Positions 16,175 to 25,821 are shown, numbered from the stretch's first letter. The stretch is DNA of 39,546 bases from a virus (IMGVR_UViG_3300017766_003281:1-39546), one strand, 5' to 3'. Numbers and translations: made by a program. Notes: generated by a model not told the origin, from the letters alone.

Positions 16175-18373
16175 TTGACCCGCTTCGTCAGGAGCGGTGG
16201 CCGCAGCTGTCGCCCCGAACTGCGAGAGCGCAAGTGCTGCCTTGTCCGACATATTAGGAGTGCGGGACAGTTGCAGCAAGAGGTCAGCTCCTTCGCGCGT
16301 GGTGAGGATCTTGTCGAATTGTTGGAAGGTCCGGGCCAGGGCCGCATCCTCAATCTTCCGGGCCACGCGTTCGAAGGGCATGAAGCCATACACCCGTGCC
16401 ACATCGGCCAGGGTGGACTTTCCGCCGGCTTTGGCCACATCCCCCCAGTTCAGTCCACCGACCTTATCCGGGCGGGAGGCCAGGCCCTTGGTAATCTGCA
16501 TGAAGTGGGACAAGCCACGCACCACCTGATCTTCATTGAGGTTGTAGCTCCTGGCAATGCCGACGGCGATGTCACGCACACCCTGCTCTTGAGCACGCGA
16601 AGCGAAGAGGGAGTCGCGGAGTGCCTTCGCTGCGTCAGGGCTAGTCACCGCACCCTCAATCACCTCGCCTGGGGTAGAGCCGAAGGCCTTGTCCAGACGC
16701 GAGCGGAGGAAAGCCTTTGCGGCGGCAGGTGCTGCGTCCGGGTCAACCTTCCGCAGCTCGTTAAACATCTTTGGGATGTCGCGAGCGGCCTCCGCCACCT
16801 GGGCATCAGACCCCTTCGAGAAGATGGATTCCAGCTTCGCCGACGAGGCTTCCACATCCGGGCGATAGCCCCTGGGCGTGGCCAAGCGACCCACCACCGA
16901 TTGCTTGAGCGGGTCCACCACCTCTTGGCTGATCTGTGCGAACTTCGCCTCCGCAGCCTTGATTTCAGGGGAGATGTCTTGCAGCTGCCGGTTGACGGTC
17001 CCGGCAAGGTTCTTCACCTGCCCAGCCGACTTCGGATCGACAGGGGACAATGGCGTACCCTTAAAGGGGCCTGTGGCATCGCTGATCGCCGTGTCCACGT
17101 CAGCCGCCATCAAGGGCTTTGGCTGCACATTTCGGGCGGCTTCCGTGGCCATCTTCACCTCTTGCGCGGCAAGTGCCTTGGCCTTCCCCCGCGGAGCGTT
17201 TGCCAGCTTTTCAAGCGCCGCTGCCACCGCAGTGTCGGCGTCGGACTCGGCCACACCGGCGATCTTCCCGCGAAGCGCCTTAGCGGCAGCGTTGAACGCG
17301 TCAGTTGTGCCGGGCTTGTCCATCAGGTTGTCAATCGTGGCAATGAGCTGATCGCGGGAACCAGCCGGCAACTCGCCCGCCTTCGCATACAGCCCGGACA
17401 CGGCTTGTCCACGAGCCTGCTTCGCCTGATTCATCACCCCCGTCGCGGCTTCCTGCACCGCATTCGCAGCCTGTCCTGCCCCCCACTGCGGCCCAGGCAA
17501 CCCGCCTACCGTCACGTCGGCCAGCATCTCCAGATCCTTGGGCTGGTTGCGGAGGACTGCCTGCGTGTCAGTACCGTGACGCGAATTGGCCAGCACGTTC
17601 CGCAGGGTAGCCAAATTGGTGGCAGGTGCCCCGACGGCCTCAAGCGCTTGGGCAAGGTCCATCTTAACCCCGGAGTTCGCAGCGCGCGTCTGCATGTCCT
17701 GTGCAGCCTTGAGCATCTTCGGGCTGATACCCTCCATGGCTTCGCGGGCGAGGTCAGCCGATTGCGGCCGCACGCGGGAAGCCAAGCCGGTTGCGGCACT
17801 AGCTGCACCGCCGCCAACAAGCGCGCCGGCCAAGCGTGCCAGCGGGTTGTTGTCCCCCAAGTGCCCAGCCACTTCCGCGCCAACGCCAGCACCAGCCCCG
17901 CCAATTGCGGCGCGGACAGGAGCGACAAGTCCGCCAGGGCCGGCAAGTGCACCGGACACCCCTTCAACCGTGGAGGCGAGGTATTTTTCACCTGTCGTTT
18001 CCGGCTTCGGCCCGACCTTCTGCACCTCCCCACTGACAGCCATGCCATTGGTTTCAGGTAGCCCGGCTTGACCGCGAAGGTACTTCAGCGTGGGGCCAAC
18101 AAGTGGCAGCCGTTCAGCGAGGAAGTTCCCGGCATCGGTGGCAAGGGCTGGCAATGCCAGAGCACCGCGCACAGCTGCTCCCCCAGCCACTTTGGCTACA
18201 CGTCCCGCCTTCTCCAGTGCCCCGCTCGAACCACCGCCGTCGATCTCCGATACCTGCAATCCGTAGTCCTTTTGGGCCCGTTGGGTTACTTGCTCCGGCG
18301 TGACATTGTCAGGCGTGTTGCGATATTCGGCTGTAGTGCCGTCGGCAAAAGTAACAGTGATATTTCTTGGCAT
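16172..18373 (-). CDS. Large internal virion/DNA ejection protein, 733 aa
   Basis: GAGG SD; Ala/Gly-rich and helical with GxxxG-rich hydrophobic segments; position matches podovirus ejection genes. Confidence 0.75.
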   Translation of the reverse strand: MPRNITVTFADGTTAEYRNTPDNVTPEQVTQRAQKDYGLQVSEIDGGGSSGALEKAGRVAKVAGGAAVRGALALPALATDAGNFLAERLPLVGPTLKYLRGQAGLPETNGMAVSGEVQKVGPKPETTGEKYLASTVEGVSGALAGPGGLVAPVRAAIGGAGAGVGAEVAGHLGDNNPLARLAGALVGGGAASAATGLASRVRPQSADLAREAMEGISPKMLKAAQDMQTRAANSGVKMDLAQALEAVGAPATNLATLRNVLANSRHGTDTQAVLRNQPKDLEMLADVTVGGLPGPQWGAGQAANAVQEAATGVMNQAKQARGQAVSGLYAKAGELPAGSRDQLIATIDNLMDKPGTTDAFNAAAKALRGKIAGVAESDADTAVAAALEKLANAPRGKAKALAAQEVKMATEAARNVQPKPLMAADVDTAISDATGPFKGTPLSPVDPKSAGQVKNLAGTVNRQLQDISPEIKAAEAKFAQISQEVVDPLKQSVVGRLATPRGYRPDVEASSAKLESIFSKGSDAQVAEAARDIPKMFNELRKVDPDAAPAAAKAFLRSRLDKAFGSTPGEVIEGAVTSPDAAKALRDSLFASRAQEQGVRDIAVGIARSYNLNEDQVVRGLSHFMQITKGLASRPDKVGGLNWGDVAKAGGKSTLADVARVYGFMPFERVARKIEDAALARTFQQFDKILTTREGADLLLQLSRTPNMSDKAALALSQFGATAAATAPDEAGQ

Positions 18374-18382
18374 ATCGTCCTC

Positions 18383-19699
18383 TTACCAGTTCTTCACACG
18401 AGGTGTACCCCCACCAGAGGCTGGGCGTGGCACCTCCAGCGTGTTGGGGGTTGGAGGCACTTGCGTGTTGGACAGCCCGAAGGTGAAGACGTTGGGGTCT
18501 TCGGTCTTGAGAGCCGTTCCGAACTGCCGTTGAGCCTCGCGCGCATCGTCGATCTTCTGCTGCGCCACAGCCCGCATGGTGTTGATAACTTGCTGACGGC
18601 CGGCCGGCGATTGCATCAGGCTTGGCAGCGCATTAGCGATCTTCTCCGACTCTTCCTTCACCAGACCGCGAGCACCGCCGGCTTGGTTCATGAACTCCAT
18701 CCAGGTCTGGGTGGCGATGGAGTTGAAGTCCTCTGCATTGGCCAGCTTGGTCTTGTCGATTGGGATGCCCGTCTGCTGTGCGAGGTTCTGCAGGAACACG
18801 GAAGCACCGGCCAACGGACCGCCGGGAATGCCTGTCTCGTTGATCTTCTGCAGCTGGTCCAGCGTCCGCAACGTCCCTTGAGCGGACCGGGCGGCAGTCG
18901 TCATGTCCTCCGTGGCCTTGCCAGCGAGCTTGGCCCACTGCTCCATGCCAGCCGTCTGCCCCTTCGTGAGGGAAGAGGAGTTGGCAGAGGCGTTGGCAGT
19001 GACCTTCGGTGCCTTGTCCACCACATCAATTTCATTGGTAGCCAAGTTCCGCTTCACCATCAGTGGCTTGTTGTCAGTTCCACGGATTTCGTAGGGGTCA
19101 GACCACTGGTCTTTCGGCTTGGCGAAGTTGCCCAGTGGCTTCACCTCGCCGCTGTCGAAGACGCGCACCATCGACCCGTCCTGCGTCATGTGGTCCTTGT
19201 ACCCCTTCTGCTTTCCAGCCGCCAATTGCGCCGCCATGTCGGCCTGTCCAATGCGCTGCATCTCAGGGTGCTGGCTGGTCATCGCAGTCAGGAGTGCAGC
19301 CCGTGGGTCAGCCTTGACAGGCTCCGCCAAGTTGGGCGCCACGTCGTTCTGCATCAGGTTGGCAGCATCCGCGTCCGACATGGTTTGGCCTGGAGCACCC
19401 TCCCGAATCTTCATGTAGTTGCCCAGCTCGCCGGTGAGACTCTCGCGCTGCTTGGCGCCCAGAGCCGCCTGTTCGGCATCCATAGCCGCTCCGGACTTCG
19501 AGCCCAGGTAGGCGGTCAGCACCTTCAGCAAGCCCTGACCGATGGCCATGCCCTTGCTATTCCCCACAATCGGGGCAGACATGGCACCACCTGCCATCGC
19601 ATCCAGGAGTTTGCGGCGGCGGAGAATGCTATCTTGTTCAGCAGCAAAATCGCTCGGAGTGCCCGAGCCCATTGCCTGATTGGGGTTGAACATTGTCAT
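18383..19699 (-). CDS. Internal virion/DNA ejection protein, 438 aa
   Basis: Gln/Ala-rich helical protein with an N-terminal RRRKLLDAM segment; position in the late operon. Confidence 0.72.
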   Translation of the reverse strand: MTMFNPNQAMGSGTPSDFAAEQDSILRRRKLLDAMAGGAMSAPIVGNSKGMAIGQGLLKVLTAYLGSKSGAAMDAEQAALGAKQRESLTGELGNYMKIREGAPGQTMSDADAANLMQNDVAPNLAEPVKADPRAALLTAMTSQHPEMQRIGQADMAAQLAAGKQKGYKDHMTQDGSMVRVFDSGEVKPLGNFAKPKDQWSDPYEIRGTDNKPLMVKRNLATNEIDVVDKAPKVTANASANSSSLTKGQTAGMEQWAKLAGKATEDMTTAARSAQGTLRTLDQLQKINETGIPGGPLAGASVFLQNLAQQTGIPIDKTKLANAEDFNSIATQTWMEFMNQAGGARGLVKEESEKIANALPSLMQSPAGRQQVINTMRAVAQQKIDDAREAQRQFGTALKTEDPNVFTFGLSNTQVPPTPNTLEVPRPASGGGTPRVKNW

Positions 19700-19700
19700 C

Positions 19701-20447
19701 TTAAGTCCTTAGCAAGTTGTCCAGTGGGGCCACATCCGCCCGGAGCTGGAGTTGCAGTTCAGTGAGCACTCGTGCCACAGGGGCAAAGCGCTCCGGGTCA
19801 GTCTCACGCATACGGTGGAAGCGGGACTGGTTGTGGTCCAGGTAGGCGGTGCAGTTCCAGCAGTCAACGGAGCTTTCCGCACCTTCCGCGTAGAACGGGG
19901 GGAGTTCCAAGCCCGACGCTTCCAGGTACTGCCACACTTCGTCCGAGTCCCAGTCATTCAAAGGCTGGAAGTAGGTCACTCCGCCAATCACCTGCAGAAC
20001 CTCATCCCGCAAGCGATTGCGAAGGGCTTCCTGCTTCCGCTGCCCGAGAATCACCAGATCTGTCCCGCAGGTCCGGATGAAGCTGGAAAGAGGTTCCCAC
20101 ATCGAGCGGGCGCAGCAGTCCGTGTACGGTTGGAACATGACCGGGCGTGGACCTGCGCCATAGCTGCCTGCCAGCGTGCCGCGAGCTGGAACCACATCCG
20201 CAGGCCAGCCGAACTGCTCCACCACTTGCGGCTGGTGGCCGTGGACAGTGTGGAAGTGCGGGACCGACTCCGCCACCTTCCGCATGTAGGCCAAGGTTTC
20301 GGGGTCAGAAGCGCCTGCATCCACCCAGACCAGTGTGACCCGGTCAAGGTGAGGGCGAAGGAGCTGTAAGCAGGCAAGGCTATCCTTCCCGGCGGAGAAG
20401 CAAAGGATACCGTGACCGTGCTTGTCGAGGAGCTGCGAGATGTCCAT
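19701..20447 (-). CDS. PAPS-reductase-family (PP-loop adenine nucleotide alpha hydrolase) protein, 248 aa
   Basis: FSAGKDS PP-loop, DCC pair, GQRKQE, PL.DW...EVW.Y and DCWNC. Confidence 0.88.
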   Translation of the reverse strand: MDISQLLDKHGHGILCFSAGKDSLACLQLLRPHLDRVTLVWVDAGASDPETLAYMRKVAESVPHFHTVHGHQPQVVEQFGWPADVVPARGTLAGSYGAGPRPVMFQPYTDCCARSMWEPLSSFIRTCGTDLVILGQRKQEALRNRLRDEVLQVIGGVTYFQPLNDWDSDEVWQYLEASGLELPPFYAEGAESSVDCWNCTAYLDHNQSRFHRMRETDPERFAPVARVLTELQLQLRADVAPLDNLLRT

Positions 20448-20462
20448 CGCCTGCCATCCAGG

Positions 20463-21599
20463 TTAGAAGAACATGCCGGCTGCCGTGGCTGCGCCGCCAA
20501 CCAGGGCATTGAACCCGGATTGCTGCGTGGCCGCTTGCTGCGCGTTGTAGTTGCCCTGCGCCGTAGCCGCGTCGAACACCGGAGCTGCTGCAGCGTTGTT
20601 CGTGTAGTAGCCTTGGAAGTTGGGCATAGACACCTGACCCCCGGTGCGGAGTGCGTTCAGCTCGTTCAGTGGGGTGTTGCGCTGCAAGAGGAGTTCCGAC
20701 AGCATCTGCTGCCGGGTCGCATTGTCGAACTGCGCACCCTGCATACCCTGGTTGAAAGCCTGCCCCTGCAAGCTGGCATTAAGCCCCACTTGCCGGGATT
20801 CTTCCCCACCACCAGCCATGATGGCGCTCATGCGGGCGTCGTTCTGGCCGCGCATCAGTCGATCCAATTCGCTGGCATAGGCCGGGCTACCCTTTTCGAG
20901 GCCGGATGCCAGGAGCTGATTCTGGAGGTTGGATTCATCCTGACGGAACTGGGGTTCCAGACGGGACAGGATTGCTTCCTCCACCCTGCGGCGGGAAGTG
21001 TCGTCGACAGCACCAGGAACTCCAGCCACGCCAAACCCTCCTCCGCCCCAAGAGGCACCCCCGCCACCACCACCGCGGGCTGACCCGCCGATTGCGAACC
21101 CACCGCCACCCGCCCCAGTACCTCCACCGGCACCGCCGGCACCTGGTGGAGTGTCAGGGCCACCATTTCCCGTAAGCCGGGCTGCGGAATACAAGGCATT
21201 AGGATTCACAGCCACTGCGGCTGCTTCCGGGGAGATGCGCTCAGACGAACCGTCCGCGAACGTACGCAAGCCATCGCTGTAAAGCGTGACGCCGTTCTGG
21301 TTGTATAGCACCGAGGGCTGGCCGCCAGGAGCTGCCGGAGCGGGTGCGCCACCGGGCACGCCCAGCGGTTTCACAGTACCGATGTCGCCACCGACTGCCA
21401 GTGGCTTGTTGTTGTACACTTCACCCCCGGCAGGCATCCCCATCGGCTTGGTGTTGTAGATATCACCGCCAGTCGCTTGGGGCTTCATCTGCCCAGTGTC
21501 GAAGGCGATCTGCTCAGGCTTCATCTGCCCGATGTCTGGTTGCGGGGGCTGTTGCGTCTTACCCGCACCGCCGCTAGAAGCTGTAGTTTGCATTCCCAT
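20463..21599 (-). CDS. Ejection/pilot protein, C-terminal half, with a low-complexity repeat N-terminus, 378 aa
   Basis: RRRVEEAILSRLEPQF...GL..GS.AY...NDARM.AI...RN.PLNELNALRTG.QV core; AAGGGG SD. Confidence 0.75.
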   Translation of the reverse strand: MGMQTTASSGGAGKTQQPPQPDIGQMKPEQIAFDTGQMKPQATGGDIYNTKPMGMPAGGEVYNNKPLAVGGDIGTVKPLGVPGGAPAPAAPGGQPSVLYNQNGVTLYSDGLRTFADGSSERISPEAAAVAVNPNALYSAARLTGNGGPDTPPGAGGAGGGTGAGGGGFAIGGSARGGGGGGASWGGGGFGVAGVPGAVDDTSRRRVEEAILSRLEPQFRQDESNLQNQLLASGLEKGSPAYASELDRLMRGQNDARMSAIMAGGGEESRQVGLNASLQGQAFNQGMQGAQFDNATRQQMLSELLLQRNTPLNELNALRTGGQVSMPNFQGYYTNNAAAAPVFDAATAQGNYNAQQAATQQSGFNALVGGAATAAGMFF

Positions 21600-21609
21600 G
21601 GGATTCCCC

Positions 21610-22326
21610 TTAACCTTGGCGAGACATCATGGCAGCCAGCACCTTACCAGCGCCACCAGCAGCGGCGGGGTCGATGTTAGCCATGGGGCCTTCCGTTGCC
21701 CCCATCGCACCGAAGCCCGCGGGCATACCTGCCGAAGGTCCGGAAGAGAAGGAGGCCGAAGGGCCTTGCATACCCTGCGCCATAGCCATGCCCTGCATAG
21801 CACTGGGGGGTGGCATACCCTGCGCACCGCCTTGGATGAACTGCATCAGGGCGTTGAGAGCTGCAGGGGGAATGTTCACACCAGCACCACCACCACCAGC
21901 ACCTGGAGCCGCAGGAGCAGGGGCGCCCATGCGAGGGGAGGTGGCTCCAGGGGAAGGTTGCCCGCCCACCTGCCCGCTGGTCCGCCAGCCCGGCAGTCCC
22001 GACAGGTCGATTGGCGAGTCAAAGGTCTGACTCACGCGACCAAGCTGACGGCTGGCGGTGTCAAGCAACGACTCATCAATCCCTGCCGTGCGGTCGTAAA
22101 TCCGCTGCTGTTCAGGCGAGAGCGTGGTGGTCTGGATGTAGTCGCCCGGCTGCGGGTTGTTGAGGTCAGCCCCTGGGCGGATGGTCCAGGTAGACGAGCC
22201 CTGCGGTGCGACTTGGTTGACACGGTTGGCACCAGCATTAAACCGGGCAGTATCCCGGTTCTCTTGGCCTTGGGCTACAGCAGCCGCGGCATAGTCTGGT
22301 GGTGGAGGTGCGCTACTCTTGCCCAT
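21610..22326 (-). CDS. Ejection/pilot protein, N-terminal half, with a Gly/Pro/Met-rich tail, 238 aa
   Basis: MGKSSAPPPPDY start, NRVNQV.PQGS and QTTTLSPEQQ; AAGGAG SD. Confidence 0.75.
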   Translation of the reverse strand: MGKSSAPPPPDYAAAAVAQGQENRDTARFNAGANRVNQVAPQGSSTWTIRPGADLNNPQPGDYIQTTTLSPEQQRIYDRTAGIDESLLDTASRQLGRVSQTFDSPIDLSGLPGWRTSGQVGGQPSPGATSPRMGAPAPAAPGAGGGGAGVNIPPAALNALMQFIQGGAQGMPPPSAMQGMAMAQGMQGPSASFSSGPSAGMPAGFGAMGATEGPMANIDPAAAGGAGKVLAAMMSRQG

Positions 22327-22771
22327 GAATGTACTCCTTGGAAAGGGGGATGTCGAGCCAGCGGCATTGAGCCCTGGTCATGCTGTAGATGAGGAGGTCC
22401 CCGTCAGGGTGTGCATCGGCAAGCACTGTTTCAAGAGTGAAACCGATGTGTTCATCGAAACGCTTGGCTGCTTCGTTCCCACTCCCAACGTAGCCCAGGA
22501 TCTTGCGAACCTTAGCCTGGTTGAAAGCGTACTGAAAGCAAAAGCCCAGGTAGGCCTTTGTCATCCAACGCGCTCCGGGTTCAGCCGCTACGTGCATCTG
22601 GATGGATGCCTTGTTGTAGTCGCTGAACAAAACCCCTGCAACCAACTCTGGCCCGGAAGGGGTGATTTCCGCCAAGCCGATACAGGAAACGGCTTCGGGG
22701 AACCACTCGCAGCCCAGCCGGCTGGTAGTCCATGGACCCACCAGCTTGGGGTCGAGAATGATCTTTTTCAT
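22313..22771 (-). CDS. GNAT-fold acetyltransferase-like virion assembly protein, 152 aa
   Basis: F.YAFNQ, N..A..F.EHIGF..E and YSM...CRW; ATGA-coupled start at 22771; typical position after the nozzle gene. Confidence 0.85.
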   Translation of the reverse strand: MKKIILDPKLVGPWTTSRLGCEWFPEAVSCIGLAEITPSGPELVAGVLFSDYNKASIQMHVAAEPGARWMTKAYLGFCFQYAFNQAKVRKILGYVGSGNEAAKRFDEHIGFTLETVLADAHPDGDLLIYSMTRAQCRWLDIPLSKEYIHGQE

Positions 22772-24348
22772 CCTACGAGGCTCCCGACTGTGTAAGTCAT
22801 GTCGATTGCAGACCATTGGAATGTAGCATCGGCCGAAAACACGCGCAAGCTCGGAGCTACGCAGAACCCTTCCGGAGAGGGGACTGTGAGCCAGTCAGTC
22901 TGCATCGCCTCCAGCGCGCCCCAGGTGGCAGTGCCCCACACCGCTGTATCGAAGCGCGAGATGGGGTAGCTGGTGAGGTTCAAGGGGTAGTAGATGTTGG
23001 AGATGCGGAAGTCGGTGTCCAGCCCTGCTGAGATGTTCAGTTGCCCGCCGATCCGGGTAATGAAGCGGATGAGGTTCACCTGCTTCGTCCTGGCACGGGG
23101 GGAGAGGTAGGTCCAGGCACAGCGGGCATAGCAGGCAATCCGCTGCCCGAAGTCCCCGGAAGCGGTCCACATGCGGGCCACCTTGCTTCCGATCCCGGAG
23201 TAGAGCTGGCCGTTCTGCAGCTCCCAGCAGGTGCTGTTCCACCCCTTGAACACGGTCCAAGCGCCGGTGACGAGGTTCATCGCCAGTTGTTGCCGGTCCC
23301 GGAATGCCGTGCCAGGGACGTTAATCATCAGGAGGTTGAGCTTGGGGCTGATGATCAGGCGCCAGTCGGAGGAGGCTTCCACTCCTTGCGACACCTCCTG
23401 GAAATAGGAGGCGATGACATCAGTGAGGGTGGTTTTGGAGCTGGTTTGCCCCTCTTTCAGCAGCTTGGTGAGGGAGGTGAGGCCGTAGCTGGTCAGCACC
23501 AGTAGGTCACCACCGAGCTTGCGCAGGGGGGTTTTGCCAAGCGGCTGCCCAATCTCGAACACGCCGCGGAGGGACCAGGCGGACGCGTTGTTGGGGTCCG
23601 TGCCCTTGTACACAGCCGCTTGCCCTTCGGAGGTGATGAATACTGCCATGTCATCTGGGCCGTCCGCACCGTCGAAGGTCCACGAGCCCATGGCCACCAG
23701 TTTACCGCCGCTGCGGAACAGACCGCCCAGAGGGAATCGGCGCACGTCCCCACTCACGGAGTCGACTGGCAGGAAGTAGAAGTTCATGCTGTCCTTCTCG
23801 ATGAAGAACAGCGCCCGCTGGTGTGCGGCCACGAAGGAGAACTTGTTGGTGGCGATAGTCTCCGCAGGCGTACCGTTGGTCACATTGAAGGTGGCGATAC
23901 TGGTCCAGGTGGGTGAGCGGTAGTGGAAGTAGTTGTCCACCCCGTTCACGCCGACCATGAAGCTGCCGCCCGATGTGGCGTAGTTCGTCAGGACCATATC
24001 GCCGTTGGTGAAGGCCTGGCCGAGGGCTGGAGCTACTGCCCCGGCTGTCGTCACGTTGTAGGCGCCGGCATCGGTGAAGGCCCACAGCTCACGGCCAGTT
24101 GCCCCGTTCCAGCCACAGAGCTGGCGCACGACACCGGGGACCGGGCGATGATCCTCTGCACCACCGCGAATGCCGACGAAGCGCTCCTGTGGCCAGAAGT
24201 TCTCCAGCACAGTGGCGAAGATCGGTTGCATCGAAGCTTCTGGCTCACGGGTGTTCATACCGCCGATCGGCGCTGGTGTGCTGGTGGAGCTGGCCACCGG
24301 GTTGCGCGCTGCGAAGCCCGTGGAGGACTTCAAAGGTGTGTTCATCAT
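22768..24348 (-). CDS. Tail nozzle/DNA-stabilisation (tubular protein B or P22 gp10-like) protein, 526 aa
   Basis: PAPIGGMNTRE N-terminus; beta-rich (propeller-like); start at the ATGA overlap 24348. Confidence 0.8.
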   Translation of the reverse strand: MMNTPLKSSTGFAARNPVASSTSTPAPIGGMNTREPEASMQPIFATVLENFWPQERFVGIRGGAEDHRPVPGVVRQLCGWNGATGRELWAFTDAGAYNVTTAGAVAPALGQAFTNGDMVLTNYATSGGSFMVGVNGVDNYFHYRSPTWTSIATFNVTNGTPAETIATNKFSFVAAHQRALFFIEKDSMNFYFLPVDSVSGDVRRFPLGGLFRSGGKLVAMGSWTFDGADGPDDMAVFITSEGQAAVYKGTDPNNASAWSLRGVFEIGQPLGKTPLRKLGGDLLVLTSYGLTSLTKLLKEGQTSSKTTLTDVIASYFQEVSQGVEASSDWRLIISPKLNLLMINVPGTAFRDRQQLAMNLVTGAWTVFKGWNSTCWELQNGQLYSGIGSKVARMWTASGDFGQRIACYARCAWTYLSPRARTKQVNLIRFITRIGGQLNISAGLDTDFRISNIYYPLNLTSYPISRFDTAVWGTATWGALEAMQTDWLTVPSPEGFCVAPSLRVFSADATFQWSAIDMTYTVGSLVG

Positions 24349-25079
24349 GGCAGTTTCCAAGATCCGGCAGGGACCACGATACCAGGGCGGAAGTCCTGCG
24401 GATAGCAGGCATCCATGCTCACCTTCTGCGGTGCGTCCTGGCGGGCTGACTTCGTAACGAGCATCCGTTCGTACTTGATGAAATCCTCGGCGTAGTCGAA
24501 GCCCTTTTCCCGCTTCCACGCCCAGCGGAGGTAGGCGATGGCCAGATCGGGGCCGACCACTGAGGTGTCCAGGTCGTTTTCCCAGTACCGGCGGTACTTC
24601 GGAGGCGCGCTGCCCACACCCGAGGTGCCTGGGAAGTAGACGAAACTGGAAGAGTAGTATTCGAAGGAGAGGATTTCCCCTGCCGACGGGAGTGGGTTCA
24701 GGAGGAATTCGCCACCACGCAGACGGAAGGCCAGCACCGGACCGACGAAGCTCGTGACCTTGCGTGCCTGCCACTCTTGCGGGCTCAGGCTCAACATCGG
24801 CCGCTGCTGGCTGTGCTGATAGGCCGTCCCCATGATGATACCTTCGTATCCGTCCGGGGCCAGCGTGGAGATGGGACCCTGGCTTTCCGTGGCTGTAGCA
24901 GCCCAGGAAGCCTCTCTGACGTTCGTTTGCCAGAGTTTGCGGGTGTTGAGGTCGTCGCAGAATTCGTTCAGGAGGCCCATGCACTGCTGCGCATAGCCGT
25001 CACCCGAACTGGCGACAGAAGCCGGGACTGGGAGACCTTGGCGCCTCGCATGGTCACGTACAATTTCCAAGAGGTTCAT
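24345..25079 (-). CDS. Head-tail adaptor (tubular protein A-like), 244 aa
   Basis: MNLLEIV..., L.W.WKREKGFDYAED; GGAG SD; position. Confidence 0.75.
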   Translation of the reverse strand: MNLLEIVRDHARRQGLPVPASVASSGDGYAQQCMGLLNEFCDDLNTRKLWQTNVREASWAATATESQGPISTLAPDGYEGIIMGTAYQHSQQRPMLSLSPQEWQARKVTSFVGPVLAFRLRGGEFLLNPLPSAGEILSFEYYSSSFVYFPGTSGVGSAPPKYRRYWENDLDTSVVGPDLAIAYLRWAWKREKGFDYAEDFIKYERMLVTKSARQDAPQKVSMDACYPQDFRPGIVVPAGSWKLP

Positions 25080-25102
25080 GGCAAGGTCTCCCTGGCTGGG
25101 GG

Positions 25103-25792
25103 TTAGAGTTTACGGGCGGCAGGAGCTGGTGGGGGGTCCAGCAAGTCACTGATCGTCATGCTCGGTGCGGAGGCAGGGACATCGGCCGAACCTGCCCCAC
25201 CGGCAGCTGCCGAGAGGGCGGCCACTTGTGCCTGGAGCATACGCACAGTTTCTTCCAGGTTGGTCAAATTGGCCTTCGAGTTCTCCAGGTCACGCTTCAG
25301 CCCGGCGTTTTCCTCCGCCAGCTTGCCCACGCCACCCGACTGCTGCGACACGTAGGCTTTGGCCTTGTCCACCAGGTTGCGTGCGCCCATGCCGAGGCGG
25401 CTGATCACTTCTTCGTTGGCTGCAGCCAGTTGTTCGACCGTGCGGACATGCAACTTGAGGAGCATTTCCACCTGGGCAGGGGAAGCTACGGCCCAATTCT
25501 TGACGGAAGTGCCGTCCACGGGGATTTCTTCGTTCTTTTGCCAGGCTTCGTACATGCCGCGGAAGGCCCGGAGCCATTCGGCGGGGAAGCGGCCGGATTC
25601 CACCTGCTGTTGCAGGGACTCGAACCATTCCTTTACGGGCTTTTCAACGCAGTCCTTGCTGCCCGCCGGGGTGATGAAGGCGTAATCGACGTCGCGGGCC
25701 ACGTAGCTGCCGGTTTCGACCGAAGCGGTGCGATCTTCCGTGGAGATTTTGCGGAATTCGACCCAAGGGGCCGTTGCTGCTGCTTGTTCCAT
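25103..25792 (-). CDS. Hypothetical protein with an HhH-like segment and C-terminal coiled coil, 229 aa
   Basis: VRTVEQLAA.....RLGMG; AAGGA SD. Confidence 0.75.
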   Translation of the reverse strand: MEQAAATAPWVEFRKISTEDRTASVETGSYVARDVDYAFITPAGSKDCVEKPVKEWFESLQQQVESGRFPAEWLRAFRGMYEAWQKNEEIPVDGTSVKNWAVASPAQVEMLLKLHVRTVEQLAAANEEVISRLGMGARNLVDKAKAYVSQQSGGVGKLAEENAGLKRDLENSKANLTNLEETVRMLQAQVAALSAAAGGAGSADVPASAPSMTISDLLDPPPAPAARKL

Positions 25793-25821
25793 GATGATTC
25801 CTTGAGAGTGCTGGGGAGGTG

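Noticed and set aside
16175-19765. Long + strand ORFs of 628 and 565 aa
   Set aside because: They are antisense shadows of GC-rich ejection genes, with no SD and an Arg/His/Leu-rich non-protein-like composition. The same applies to most other antisense ORFs in the track.
6778-20447. ParB-like plus PAPS-reductase genes as an IbrAB or Dnd phosphorothioation system
   Set aside because: The genes are more than 11 kb apart on opposite strands in different modules, and no DndA/D/E or Ssp components are visible.
22768-24984. 738-aa version of the nozzle gene, and similar long N-terminal extensions (132, 2229, 6556, 8097, 13800, 28431, 33287, 35507)
   Set aside because: The extensions overlap other genes or regulatory DNA, and downstream starts with SD or ATGA coupling fit better.
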